Origin: Scyliorhinus canicula
Lineage: Eukaryota
NCBI RefSeq assembly: GCF_902713615.1
Contig: NC_052147.1
Location: 56,591,549-56,655,548, forward strand
DNA length: 64,000 nucleotides
Reading direction: 5' to 3'
Position numbers and translations under genes: made by a program. The notes beneath the pieces were generated by a model. It worked only from the letters and a program-made list of their open reading frames with translations. It ran no database searches and was not told the origin of the DNA. Shown piece after piece: positions 1-12,005 of the stretch (positions are counted from its first letter, which is position 1; each line of letters opens with the position of its first letter).

Positions 1-218
1 ACAGTGGGTAGAGCCTCAGTATCTTCTTGTCGTTCACTTGAGCTGGGTAGACTATCAGAGTCTTCTTCTGGTGGCTCAAATAATCTGGGTGGACTGTCAT
101 AGTCTTTTTGCTGTTCACTGGAGCGTGGTAGACTGTCATAGTCTGTTTGCTGTACACTTGAGCGTGGCAGACGTGCATCGTCTGCTGCTGGTTGCTCAGA
201 GGAGGTTGCTAGACTCTC

Positions 219-400
219 ATGAAAATGAAAAATGAAAATTGCTTATTGTCACAAGGCTTCAAATGAAGTTACTGTGAAAAGCCCCTAGTCGCCACATTCC
301 AGCGCCTGTTCGGGGAGGCGATAAGAGAATCGAACCGTGCTGCTGGCCTGCCTTGGTCTGCTTTCAAAGCCAGCGATTTAGCCCGGTGCTAAACAGCCCC
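219..400 (-). mobile_element. Short tRNA-derived SINE lacking the V-domain, Rex1-like tail
   Basis: Reverse-strand homologue of 44626-44797; (CATTTT)n tail. Confidence 0.8.
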
Positions 401-1007
401 TGCATGGTCTTGTTCATGCAAGGACTGGGCTCTGGAGTCTTGCATTCCTTCCATCGTGGAGTCTGTCCACGAGCTCGCTGTGGAGGCTTGTGTCACTCCC
501 TCTGTGCAGTCTTGCAGCGTTCCCGGTGTGGAATTGTGCATTGGTCTCGCTGTGGAGACTTTCATCGCTTTGTGTGTGGAGTCGGGGACCCTTCGTGGTG
601 CGTGGCCCACTCTCTGTGTGGCAGCAGGCCGCTCTCTGTGGGCTTGTACTGCTCTCTGTCACTTGACGTCAGGCCGCAGCATAATCCTGCACTCACGAGT
701 CGGGATGTCATATATGCTGGGCTGAGGATTCGCCAATCCGAAGAACTCGTCGTCGGGGTCTTCAATGTACAACACCTCTAGTTGCGGTTCGGATTTGGTA
801 CTGGGGTAGCCACCTCCCAAGGTGAAATCTTCATCTGGTTACTTTCAGCACTGGTTGAATTTCAGGCATTGTGCTGTCATTCCAGGTGAAAGAATCGGGT
901 TTTACGGCTTTAAAACCTTTTTCGTGTTTTGGGACATTTCCCCTTTAAGTGGGCGTGGTGCGGGGCCTCTGATGTCACAAAGCGTGTGACATAGAGCACA
1001 GGAAGCG

Positions 1008-1100
1008 ATTGCGCATATCTCTGTTCCTTTACTTAGGGCCTTTCTCGCAATTGCGCATATCTCTGTTCCTTTACTTAGGGCCTTTCTCGCAATTGCGCAT
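1008..1100. repeat. Perfect 42-bp tandem duplication
   Basis: ATTGCGCATATCTCTGTTCCTTTACTTAGGGCCTTTCTCGCA twice, plus a partial copy. Confidence 0.92.
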
Positions 1101-3437
1101 GTGCGGCTTCTTTTCCAAGATGGCCACCAATCAAAACTGCAGATTTCTTCAATGGAAAGCCTACCTTCGCCTCGTGGTTAGTTTTGACACCTCTTTTACC
1201 TTTTCTTCTTGTATGTTCCTCGCAGAATTCTTGGAATTTGTCCAGGACTGCCTGGGAGTTGCTCTTGTTTTGCCCCTATGAGTATTTGAAGGTCTGGAAG
1301 ATTTCAGCTGCTCTTGGACCCGTGATTGTAAATAGAAGCTTTATTTTCTCTGCATCCGCCACACCATCTAGGTCGGACGCTACCAGGTAGATCTCAAATC
1401 TCTGCCTGAACGCACGCCAGTTTTCACTGAGATTGCCTTGGTACCTGAGCTGCTGTGGAAACGGAATGTCGAACATCATCTTGCCTGGATGCCGTTGCTG
1501 GTTGTCACTGTTTGCTGAGTTGTAACTATATGAATTTAAACAGTTCACTCCTTGGTACCATGTTTTGTTATGATCTTGACGTACCATAAGCTGCTTCCTT
1601 GATGTGCACTCTGACAAAGGAAGGTTCAGACATGGAGATAGCTTTAACACATATATTAAACTGTTAACAATTCTCCTACTTGGATTCGACTCTCCTGTTA
1701 GTCCTGCTATAGCTACTCAGACTGACGAACCAGTCTGCTACAATCCACGTGGTGGGTGCGATGTGTTCCAAATCAACCCTGTGTACTCATTGAGTGTCTC
1801 CACTGGAAAGCGAAAGATCATGTGTGCTGTGTCCTTATATATGGGTTGGTGTAATGTCCCCCTGTGGTAGTGTCACCTCTGTGTGCATCGTGAATGCCCA
1901 TTGGTCGTGTCCTATCTTACTGACCTATTGGTTGACTGTCTATGTGTCATGGTGTTTCTGGTGCTCCCTCTAGTGTCTATCTAATCTACGTTTATTTACA
2001 TTAACCCCTTGTGCATTTACAGTGATGCATATCACCACTATGCACATGAACTTTCAGATTCTTCTGACTCTGCACATTGTTTAGAACTATGCCATTAAGT
2101 TTATAAAAACCCTCCCTGTTCCCTCTCCAAATGGATCACCTCACACTTATCGGCATTAAATTCCATCAGGCACTGTTTGCCCGTTCTGCTATGATGTCTT
2201 GTCTATGTCTTGTTGTAGTTGATTAGTATCATCCTCACTGTTTGCCACACCTCCAAGTTTGGTATCATTGACAAATTTTGAAATAATACTCGGTATTTCA
2301 ATATACAAATCGTTTAACTATATCAAAAAGACAATGATCCTCGGGGAACACCACTGTCTATCAATCTCCAGGCTGAAAAATAATCAAGTACACAACTCGC
2401 TGTTTTCTATCCTTCAACTAGTAATGTGAAGACATCATGGCCAAGCTATCAAAAGCTGTAGCCTAATGCTGCAGCTAAGACTGGACAGAGCTCTACTTAA
2501 TGTGTTAGTCTTGCATGCATCATCAATTGGAATGTGTTTGAGTTGTGTTGAGAATTAATTGCACAACACTTTGGGCCTTGTATGGTGGCAACAACATCTT
2601 CTGCCCCGCAAAGTTGCCACAGTGTACTCAGCCAGTTATTTGGCATCTCACTGCTTTATAACAGTCCCACCATGGATCTTTAAATTATAGAAAAAATATA
2701 CACCGAATTCAAAATTGCTCCATATAGAAGTCAAAATAACCCAAGATTTTACATGAATCACATTAGAAATTATGTGTAGGCAGCAAAAATCATATGGCAA
2801 CAATTTTGTGATCCAAATTAACCGTTTCTTCCCACAATCCAAAGATGCGCAGGTTAGGTGGATTGGCCATGCTAAGTTGCCCCTAAGTGTCCTAACGTTA
2901 GGTGGGGTTACAGAGATAGGGTGAAGATTAGGTCCGTGTAAGGTGGTCTTTCAAATGGTCAAGGCAGACCTGATGGGCGTAATGGCCTTTTTCGGAATTG
3001 TAGGGAGTCTATCAGAAGTCTTCCCTTCCCTAACCAAATACTTTGTCCAAGCTGACACTGACCCTCCTATTCCATAAGCCTGTTTTGTTAACCAACCTTT
3101 TATATGGCAATTTGCCAAAGGGCTCCCTAAAATCCAGAGACAACATCCATTGCATTCCCTTCAAGAATCTTTTCTGTTATTTCATCAAAAAATTCAATTA
3201 AATTAGTCAAGTATTGTCTGCCTTTAAAAAATCCTTGCTGACTCTCCTTTATTAATTCAAACTTCAAAAGTTCATGTTAATTTTTTCACTGGATTATTGT
3301 TTCTAAAACTTTACCCACCACTGCTATTAAACTGACCAGCCTATAGTTATTAGGAACGTCCTTACATCCTTTCTTGAACAAGTGTCTCATTTGTCATTCT
3401 CCAATCCTTTGCCAGCTCCCCATCACTAGGGTAGGTT

Positions 3438-3872
3438 AGGGCGGCACTGTTGCTTCACAGTGCCAGGGACCTGGGCTCGATTTTGGCTTAGTGGCTTGGG
3501 GCACTGTCTGTGCAGAGTCTGCACGTTCTCCCCATGTCTGCGTGGATTTCCTCCGGGTCTCCGGTTTCCTCTCACAAGTCCTGAAAGTCGTCCTGTTAGA
3601 TGATTTCAACATCCTGAATTCTTAGAATGGAGTCGTGGTTTGCACTATGTGTTATTTGCTTTTCCTTCTGTACAGTACTATACAATGTCATTGTTTTATA
3701 TGCCAAAAATACCTCAATAAAATTGTTTATTAAAAAAAAAATCCTGAATTCTCCCTCAGTGTACCCGATCAGATGTCGGAGTATGGTGACTCGGGGATGT
3801 TCACAGTAACTTAATTGTAGTGTTAATGTAAGCCTACTTGTGACACTAATAAATATTTTATTTATTATTATT
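3438..3872 (+). mobile_element. V-SINE with Rex1-like tail
   Basis: V-domain head; tail TTCACAGTAACTT...GCCTACTTGTGACACTAATAAA(TTA)n. Confidence 0.8.
3623..3740 (+). mobile_element. Tiny L1 3' UTR + poly(A) insertion inside a SINE
   Basis: Matches the L1 end at 9845-9885 (TATGCCAAAAATACCTCA.TAAAATTG); 12-bp TSD ATCCTGAATTCT (3611-3622 / 3741-3752). Confidence 0.85.
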
Positions 3873-4629
3873 AGACGATTATGACAGACCTTTCTGTCAT
3901 CTGCACTCGCACTTCCTTTAGCAAGCTGAGACGCAAGCCATCTGAACCCGGCAACTTATCCACTCTAAGTATTGCCAGCTTATCCAGTAAATCCTGCCAC
4001 TCAATTTTTACCTCTACCATCTCAGCTACTACTGACACTTTGTCAGCACCCTCCTCCTTATGAAGTACTTACTAAGTATTCTAGCCTTGTCCTGTGTGCT
4101 AAGCGTCTATCATTATTCCTGTAATAGACTTCACTTGCCTCTCGCTTATGAACTGCACACCAGTAGAAGATTTTCATGTTCCCTTTTATGTTAACTGCCT
4201 TTCTATTCTCATACTTTCTCATTGCCAATCTTATTTTCCTCATTACTTCCCCTCTCGATTTACTGCATTTGGCTTGGATCTCATTTGAATAATTCACCTG
4301 ACATGCACCATTTATCCTTTTATCATGAAGGGAGGCTTGGTTTTGGTTCCCTTTCTTCCTAGTGTTGAAATGTACCAAGCCTGTGCTTGAACATCTCTTC
4401 CTTAAAGATCACTCATTGTTCTGTTACACCTTAAGGAGAACAGATATCAGCAATGTTTCTCAGGTAGCATCCTCCTTGTTGTTTGTATGGAGCAAACATA
4501 TTCTCAACATATTTATCATTATCAACTACCAAGAAAACAAAAAATTAAGTTGGAATCAAAGCAAATACTCATGATAAAAACTTTCTGGTAGTTTATGTAG
4601 AAAATAATTATAAGTATATGTGAATTTAC

Positions 4630-4703
4630 CGGAAAAGATATGCTTTCTTCAAGACATCTTCATTTTCACAATATTTTGGTACTTTTTCTGTGGCACAGTT
4701 AAC
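4630..4703 (-). CDS. TXNDC16: TXNDC16 coding exon 3
   Basis: tttttgtag|GTT...TTCCG|gtaaat; 74 nt encoding VNCATEKVPKYCENEDVLKKAYLF(R) (cf. human VNCVKEEISRYCGKEKDLMKAYLFK). I found no further exons, so they are presumably left of the window. Confidence 0.9.
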
Positions 4704-5488
4704 CTACAAAAAGGGACACAGCATTTTAAATGGGATAATGTAACACAGAAAATGGTTACAAATCCTGCCTTCCTTTCAACACTGTTTTCTCAACAAAAAT
4801 TGTTCTGCCAATTTTCTCCTCTCTCCTCTGTGGAGCAAGATCACACAGATGCTTTTTTTTTTGTACAATCCTTCAGGATGTTGACATCCCTGACAACATT
4901 AGCATTTAGTGCTCAACCCTGGCTGTGCTTAAGGGGGTAGAGAGCGTTCTTCTTGAACCGCTGCAGTCCATGTCGTAAATCTTCATAAGAAAAGTTGTTT
5001 TCCTGAAGCCTTCTTTAAATTTTTTTTGCACCTTCTAAGCTTTTGCTTATTATTAGAGGGAGCTGATCCTAAACCCCAGCAATAGCACCATATGATCAGC
5101 GTAAAAGCAACTCGGCCAGCATTTCCATTATTTTTGAAGCATCCTCTAATCAGTGGCTCCATAGGTCAAGATGCTTGAGTTTTAAAACATGAGGGTATAC
5201 AACATGGGATGAATGAATCAGTATCCTACAACCATGCAGAACAGCCATTAGGGTTGCAATGTAATAACCAGATAGTTTTTCAACTTGCATTGTTTTATAT
5301 TATTATTTTCATTAATACTTAGCTAGATTTTCCTGAAAAATTGAGAAGATAAAGAGTTTTTCTCCCCATCGCCCTCATTCTTGCATTTGTAGCATCTCAA
5401 ATTACGATGCAAGCAGTCCAAGGCGGCTCTCAATGGCAGATCACGGTTTAAAATTAAAAGATGTGCCAGAGAAGGAATTTTAATTCAC

Positions 5489-5571
5489 CTGAGCCACTGT
5501 GATGCCATACTCTTCGAGCGGCTCTGAAGATTTTTCTAGTTGTTGAAGGAAAAGTCTAATTGGCGGGTTGG
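5489..5571 (-). CDS. TXNDC16: TXNDC16 coding exon 2
   Basis: tgtttcag|CC...GCTCAG|gtgaat; 83 nt, phase 1 in. Encodes TNPPIRLFLQQLEKSSEPLEEYGITVAQ (cf. human [22 protein letters not shown]). Confidence 0.9.
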
Positions 5572-5641
5572 CTGAAACATAGAAACAAACAATACTGTTA
5601 GCGTTTTGAACTAAATGTTTATTTTTGTAATTCTTCTGGAG

Positions 5642-6124
5642 CAGTGGTGCGTAACTTGCAGATCGGGGCCCACATGCGACCTATCTGGTTCTGAGTGCGA
5701 TCCGTGAGACATTTTGTTGACTGTTGCCCGCGTGCAGGGTTGCCACATTCCGCTGATTGCCTTCCATGCAGTTTTTTCCCGACTGGTAAGACTGAAGTGA
5801 CACACACGTAAAGAAAGGGTAAGTGAGGCAAGGTTCATGCTGATTGCACACATCATTGACTGTGAGAGCCATGCACTCCCTCTGCATCCAAAGTGTAAAT
5901 ATTTATTTTGTTTTGAACCATTTGAACTAGATAGTTCTATTAATATATAAATGATTAAGCATTGTCTGCAAATCAAAATTAAATATTTAGCGTGTGTTAA
6001 TGTATTTACATTTATTAATAAAGTCATGGTTAGTGAACAAGCCTGATTTTAACCTTGTGACCCACTGAGATGAAGGGAGGGTCACTCATGCGGCCTACTC
6101 ACCAGCATAAGTTGCGCATCACTG
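5642..6124. mobile_element. hAT (Charlie-like) non-autonomous DNA transposon
   Basis: 16-bp TIR CAGTGGTGCGTAACTT / AAGTTGCGCATCACTG (14/16 match); degenerate 8-bp TSD TTCTGGAG/CTCTAAAG of the NTCTAGAN type. Confidence 0.8.
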
Positions 6125-6824
6125 CTCTAAAGCATTTGGTAGACCAAAGATAAACAAAGACTAACATTCTGCCTTGTTCTTAAATTAGCCTTACTTGTCC
6201 TTACATAATTTCAATTTTGCTGATATTGTTACTGCTTTTAATAAGTGAAAAAGGGAATGAAGAAACAAATAAGCTCGCATTCATTTGGAGCCTTTCATGT
6301 TCTCAGAATATCCCACAAAAAAGTACTTTTAGTAATATAATAATAATCATTAACAACTAATATGTATGAAAAGCCACACAACTGCAATGAGATGAATGAC
6401 CAAATAATCTCTTTCACTGGTGCTGAATGCTGGACAATTATTCGCCAAGGTAACAATATAGCACCCCTAAAATAGTTAACAATCCCAATGTGCTTCACAG
6501 AGACATTATAAAACAAAGTCTGACACTGAGCCACATAAGGAAATTTTAGGTTAAATTACCAAAAACTTTATCAAAATGGTAGGCTTTAAGGGATGCTTTG
6601 AAGGAGGAAAGTGAAGTAAAGCGTGAAGATATTCAGGGAAAGAATTCCGGAGATATGCGCCTCGGCAGCCGAAAGCATGACCACCATTGATGCAACAATG
6701 CCCAGAGTTGAAGGAGCAAAAGTACTTTGGAGGGTGTAAGGCTGAAAGGTTACAGAGATAGGGAGGGACATAGCCACAGGGATGGATTTGAACACAGGAT
6801 GAGAATTTTAAAATTGACTATGTT

Positions 6825-7247
6825 TGGAATTTAGAAGAATGAGCGTGGGGATCTTATGGAAACATATAAAATGAAGGGAATAAATAAGATAGAAGCAGGG
6901 AAATTGTTTCCACTGGGGGGGGGGGGGGGGGGTGAAAATAGAAGTAGGGGGCATCGCCTAAAAATAAGGGGAGCAGATTTTGGAAAGAATTGAGTGGGAA
7001 CTTCTTCACCCAAAGGGTCATGAATCTGTGGAATTCCCTGCCGAGTGAAGCAGTTGATGCTACCTCGTTTATGTTTTTATTGCAAAGATAGATTTTTGAA
7101 CAGTAAAGGAATTAAGGGTTATGGTGAGCGGGTGGGTAAGTGGAGCTGAGTCCACATAAATATCAGCTATGATCTTGTTGAATGGCAGAGCAGGCTCGAG
7201 GGGCCAGGTGGCCTACTCCTGCCCCTAGCTCTTATGTTCTTATGTTC
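6825..7247 (+). mobile_element. CR1 LINE 3' end
   Basis: RRM.GDL.E.YK and FFTQRV..LWNSLP-type motifs; tail GGCCTACTCCTGC...CTTATGTTCTTATGTTC. Confidence 0.8.
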
Positions 7248-8163
7248 AAATAGTGACAGGGGCTCTTACATGTTGCTTAAATGGGTACACAGGACCTCAG
7301 TTTAATGTCTCATTCAAAAGGTAGTATCTTTGACAATGCAGCATCCCCTCAGTCCTATATTGAAATATTAGCCCAAATTATGTACGTGATCAAACAGTCT
7401 TCTGACTCAGAGGTAAAAGTGCAACAATTGAGCTAAAACAAAGTAGGCACAGGAAAAGGAAATTTTTTAAAATTATCGTCTACATGTGTTAGATAACTGA
7501 ATGATGTTTATCACAACAACATATATAATTATCAGATTATTTCAGTGTTGAATAATTGTTGAAATAAAACTGAAATGAACATTAAAATTAGGCTGGATAA
7601 TTCTAAAGGAAAACTCAAATTAGAATCTACATCGATTCTTTTCAAGTGGTCATTACTATCAAGTCAAGGGGCAAAACAAAGTTTGCACATTTTTCTGGGT
7701 CTCAAAGTTGAATTTAAAGATAAAAATAAGTAAGATCGATGAAGTTATTTTTGCAAAGCTGAATTTGATTCATGCTCTCTAAGGTTCGGCTTCAGTGCAT
7801 TTTTCGACTTATTCTTTTTATGTTTCAGAAACAAACATCACAAATCAGGTGCAATGCAATTAAGATGCAGAGCAAACCTCCCAATACATGATCTCAACAA
7901 TGATCTTTAAATCCATTCTTGGAAAAGTACCCATACTGTACCAGTGACACTGTGCCATTTCTTATTCCTACACTATGAAATGGCACACTGGCCTCTGCAT
8001 GAAACTATTAATTTAGTAGCAAGTAGTTCAGATTCATGAGCAGTAAGATACTATACAATCTCAGTGACAATCAGCAAAGATCTAACTTGGATCAAACCAA
8101 GATGAACAGTGTTAACCAGTATGCCCAAAACAAGCAAAATGAATTTCTAAGTATATTGTATTT

Positions 8164-8388
8164 TTTTTAAATAAATTTAACGTGCCCAATTATATATTTT
8201 TTCCAATAAGGGGCAATTTAGTGTGGCCAATCCACCTAACCTGCACATCTTTGGGTTGTGGGGGTGAAACTCACGCAGACATGGGGAGAATGTGCAAACT
8301 CCACAAGGACAGTGACCCAGGGCCGGGATTCGAACCCGGGTCCTCAGCGTCGCAGTCCCAGTGTTATCCACTGCGCCACATGCCGCCT
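8164..8388 (-). mobile_element. Short V-SINE variant with A/T-rich tail
   Basis: Shortened V-domain; 12-bp TSD TATATTGTATTT. Confidence 0.85.
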
Positions 8389-8484
8389 TATATTGTATTT
8401 ATTGGATGAATATAAAATGTGCAAAGTTTTACTTTTTAATCCAGTATTCTGTTTCAAATATTTCCCAAGATTGTGAATACTTAC

Positions 8485-8641
8485 TTGTTCTTTTGAAGTA
8501 TATTAGAGAAGCTTTTCCTGACTGTAGAATATTGATAAAATGTTGCTGATTTAAGGTGCGTAATGTCTTCATCCCACCAACGGCATTAAAATAACCAGCA
8601 TATAATAAAATTAAGCAAAGGCAGAAATGCCAATGGCTCAT
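8485..8641 (-). CDS. TXNDC16: TXNDC16 first coding exon (signal peptide; exon probably 8485-8730 including 5' UTR)
   Basis: Encodes MSHWHFCLCLILLYAGYFNAVGGMKTLRTLNQQHFINILQSGKASLIYFKRT, resembling TXNDC16 (..FSTLQPGKASLAYF). Donor A|GTAAGT; acceptor ctttttccag at 8731-8740. Head-to-head with GPR137C as in mammals. Confidence 0.88.
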
Positions 8642-8869
8642 TTTAGCAAATGAATAAAGGCAGTTCTGATCCCAAAAATTGCTCAAATACTTTGAATGAA
8701 TTCTTCAACAGTACTGTTATTTATTTAAATCTGGAAAAAGAAAGATTTGCAGTAATAAGCAAGACATATTCCACAAATCATATTCAATTCCCCATAACCC
8801 ATCATGATGTTGACAGTCCCATATATACAAGTCTAACAGAACCCATTACATGTTAAAATAGCATTAATG

Positions 8870-9887
8870 TCCGGGGAGCTTAGATGGGGGATTTTGGGTA
8901 TGGCAAAGGGCAGGAATTGAGAAGATGGGGGACCTGTTTCTGGAAGGGAGCTTCCCTAGCTTAAGGGCGCTGGAGGAGAAGTTCAGGCTGGCAGCAAGGA
9001 ATTATTTCAGATATCTACAGGTGCGGGACTTTCTGCGCAGGCAGGTATCATCCTTCCCACTCCTGCCACTAAGAGGGATTCAAGATAGGGTAGTGTCTAG
9101 GGGACGGGTGGGAGAGGGGAGCGTCTCGGACATCTACAAGGAATTAATGGGGGCAGAGGAGACGCGTATAGAAGAGCTGAAGTGTAAGTGGGAGGAGGAA
9201 CTGGGGGGTGAGATGGAAGACGGCCTATGAGCGGAGGCGCTGAGCAGGGTCAACGCGACCGCTACATGCGCAAAGCTCAGCTTGATCCAATTTAAGATGG
9301 TGCACATGATAGTGGCCTGGATGAGTAGATTCTTTGGGGTGGAAAGCAAGTGTGTCAGGTGTGCGGGTGGACCAGCGAACCATGTCCACATGTTCTGGGC
9401 ATGCCCAAAACTTAGGTGATATTGGCAGGGGTTCGCGGATGTCATGTCCAGGGTATTAAAGACAAGAGTGGAAATGAGTCCAGGGGTAGCAATCTTTGGG
9501 GTGTTGGGTGTTCAGGAGGAGGGAGAGGCAGATGTTCTGGCCTTTTCCTCCCTGGTAGCCCGGCGACGGATATTACTAGCTTGGAAGGAGTCTAGGCCTC
9601 CGAAGTCAGAGGCCTGGTTAACCAATATGGTGAGCTTTCTCGGCCTGGAAAAGATGAAGTTCGCCTTGAGAGGGTCAGTGTCAGGGTTCACCCGGGGGTG
9701 GCAACCATTCATTGGGGGAGGGGGGGGGGGGGGGGGAGTATAGAGTAGGGGGTTAAATAGGCAGGCCTTGGAAGGACAGAGGTCGGCGGTTGCTTTTTTA
9801 CTACTGTTCTTTGTACCCTATTGTTTTTGTACTGTGGTTGTTTGTTATGCCAAAAATACCTCATTAAAATTGCTTGTCAAAAAATAT
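8870..9887 (+). mobile_element. L1-clade LINE 3' fragment
   Basis: ORF2 C-terminus (FRYLQVRDF, HMFWACPKL) plus 3' UTR; 12-bp TSD ATAGCATTAATG (8858-8869 / 9888-9899). Confidence 0.9.
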
Positions 9888-10295
9888 ATAGCATTAATGC
9901 ATCAGGAGCGCATAATTTACAAGGAAAACTATTGTTAACAATAGAACATCAAGGGTCAACTCCCTAAAGGGAAGGGTCTGGGCAGTTGGTGGTGTGGCAG
10001 ACCTGGATGTCATGCACATACATTTTGAAACTGATCCCACCTCTGAAAATCCTATTGGCATGAAGCAACATAGTCTTGGGCAACTCCTGAGTTAATGGCT
10101 CAGGCATACAGATGCTAAGAATAAAAACCATGTGAAGGCTGTTCCACAGCTGAACAACAAATGTTGAAGTGAGATCGTATAATAAACCAGTCATAATCAG
10201 AGGACATCTGTTGTGACTTTGATTAAGCCATTTTGATGAGGTGGCATGAATAGAAAAAGTCTGCTTAGACAGATTCTAACAGAAGCTGCAAGATT

Positions 10296-10650
10296 TGGGG
10301 GGCAGCACAGTAGCATGGTGGTTAGCATAAATGCTTCACAGCTCCAGGGTCCCAGGTTCGATTACCGGCTGGGTCACTGTCTGTGTGGAGTCTGCACGCC
10401 CTCCCCGTATGTGCGTGGGTTTCCTCCGGGTGCTCCGGTTTCCTCCCACAGTCCAAAGATGTGCGGGTTAGGTGGATTGGCCATGCTAAATTGCCCATAG
10501 TGTCCTAAAAAGTAAGGTGGGGGGGGGGGGGGTGGGGGGTTGTTGGGTTACGGGTATAGGGTGGATACGTGGGTTTGAGTAGGGTGATCATTGCTCGGCA
10601 CAACATCGAGGGCCGAAGGGCCTGTTCTGTGCTGTACTGTTCTATGTTCT
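10296..10650 (+). mobile_element. HE1-like V-SINE with CR1-type tail
   Basis: tRNA-like head (B box GGTTCGATT), V-domain GGGTTTCCTCCGGGTGCTCCGGTTTCCTCCCAC, tail GGGCCGAAGGGCCTGTTCTGTGCTGTACTGTTCTATG. Confidence 0.9.
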
Positions 10651-10869
10651 ATCAGCATATATTTGGAAGTATAAATAAACATGTTCCAAGGTGGTTTAGT
10701 GGTTTGTCTTTCCTGTAAATAATAGAGATTAATCAATTTGCTGCAGGAATAAAGGCAGCCTGGGCTTTGTGTAAGAGTTATGGGGAAAGAAATATTCATT
10801 TAAATTTCAACACATTCCATTTACTGTACAACACCATGCAAAATATGATCAATTCATTAAACCCAAGAC

Positions 10870-11475
10870 TGCAGGAGACCAGTTAGCCCATCGACTCTGC
10901 ACCGACCATCCAAAAGAGCTTTGACAAAGAGGCATCCAGACTCAAAACTCAAAGCTCCCTCTCTCATCACAGATGCTGGTAGACCTGCTAAGATTGTCCA
11001 GCAGTTTCTGTTTCAGATTCCAGCATTTGCAGTAATTTGCTTTATCTCCAAAAGAGCACCCTACTTAGGTCTACAAACCCCTCCCCTGCAACATAACCTG
11101 CACATCTTTGGACACTAAGGTGCAATGTTAACATGGCCAATCCATCTAACCTGCACATCTTTGGACACTAAGTAGCAATGTTAACATGGCCAATCCACCT
11201 AACCTGCACATCTTTGGACGCTAAGGTGCAATGTTAACATGGCCAATCCACCTAACCTGCACATCTTTGGACACTAAGGTGCAATGTTAACATGGCCAAA
11301 CCATCTAACCTGCACATCTTTGGACACTAAGTGGCAATGTTAGCATAGCCAATCCACAACTGCATAATTTTAGACTGTGGGAGAAAGCCCACACAGACAC
11401 CGGGAATATGTGCAAACTTCACCCAAGACCGGAATCGAACCCGGGCTGTCGGCGTGTAGCAGCAGCGCTAACCAC
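10870..11475 (-). mobile_element. HE1-like SINE with an internal 53-bp tandem expansion and a foreign insert (~10920-11045)
   Basis: SINE head near 11400-11475 and tail near 10870-10920. Confidence 0.75.
11094..11358. repeat. 53-bp tandem repeat, 5 copies
   Basis: Unit TAACCTGCACATCTTTGGACACTAAGGTGCAATGTTAACATGGCCAATCCA(T/C)C starting at 11094, 11147, 11200, 11253 and 11306. Confidence 0.95.
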
Positions 11476-11533
11476 TTCATGAAGGGGGAGTCTTCGATAG
11501 ATTGCAGGAGTACTCTACACAAGTCACACTCAC

Positions 11534-11640
11534 CCTTCCCGTCGCAGCTCTAAATCCGACTGCGTTGCTCACTACCTTGGGCTAGTTGCATCCCCGCCCC
11601 CGGGCCTTCCGCTGACTGGTACGTTCATGGCCGTCGAGTG
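11534..11640 (-). other. TXNDC16: Probable non-coding first exon of TXNDC16
   Basis: Consensus donor AAGG|GTGAGT on the - strand at 11533, at the left edge of the CpG island. The 5' boundary (TSS) is a guess. Confidence 0.55.
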
Positions 11641-11900
11641 CAACGCCTTCCGTCCATTGGCTAATCGGGATGTCAATCCAATCGCAGCGACGCTCCCTTC
11701 GGGGGACGTGGTGTTCTCGGACCGCGCAAGCGCCCCTCCCAGGCCTCTCCCCCTCTGACCAATCCCCGTCTGCCGTCCCAATGATTGACACGGGGGAAGG
11801 CTGACGGAGCTCCGCCAATGAGCGGCCGGGTAGGGGGCGGGACAAGCTGCTGATTGTTTTTTTTTCCTGGAGGTAGGTGGGGGGAGGGTGTTTGTTGTTG
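11590..11900. promoter_or_regulatory. Bidirectional CpG-island promoter for TXNDC16 and GPR137C
   Basis: GC- and CpG-rich. CCAAT boxes at 11656 (reverse), 11678, 11759, 11778 and 11815; GC boxes at 11592-11600 and 11834-11841. No obvious TATA; genes diverge on either side. Confidence 0.8.
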
Positions 11901-12005
11901 CTGCTGCTGGAGGAGCTGAGCAAGCGGCTGCAGTAACCTGCACACAGCTCGGGCTCAAGACCAGTTGCGAGGAGGACAACATAACAAAACGTGAGCCCGG
12001 CAGCA

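Larger units (their letters stand above)
1..2038 (-). mobile_element. Partial Gypsy-type LTR element (5' LTR, PBS, decayed gag) running off the left edge
   Basis: LTR about 1561-2038. PBS TGGTACCAAGGAGTG (1560-1546) resembles the complement of the tRNA-Leu(TAA) 3' end. Gag-like MMFDIPFPQQLRYQGNLSENWRAFRQRFEIYLVAS from 1479 with a premature stop at 1276. Confidence 0.8.
2040..4430 (-). mobile_element. Old CR1 LINE remnants interrupted by SINEs
   Basis: Degenerate RT motifs (SGVPxG near 2345; DF..F.K.P near 3110-3140) and RLAMRKYE..KAVNIKGNMKIFY. Confidence 0.6.

Noticed and set aside
10246-10500. Recurrent Cys-rich short ORFs (GHCLCGVCTFSPC..., GSLSVRSLHVLP...)
   Set aside because: They are translations of non-coding SINE copies, not a gene family.
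11094-11358. Regularly spaced repeats resembling a CRISPR array
   Set aside because: The units are contiguous with no unique spacers, derive from SINE sequence, and sit in a vertebrate locus with no cas genes.
11991-12005. Upstream GTG start for GPR137C
   Set aside because: It adds only 5 codons, with an in-frame TAA at 11982; the ATG at 12006 has a purine at -3.
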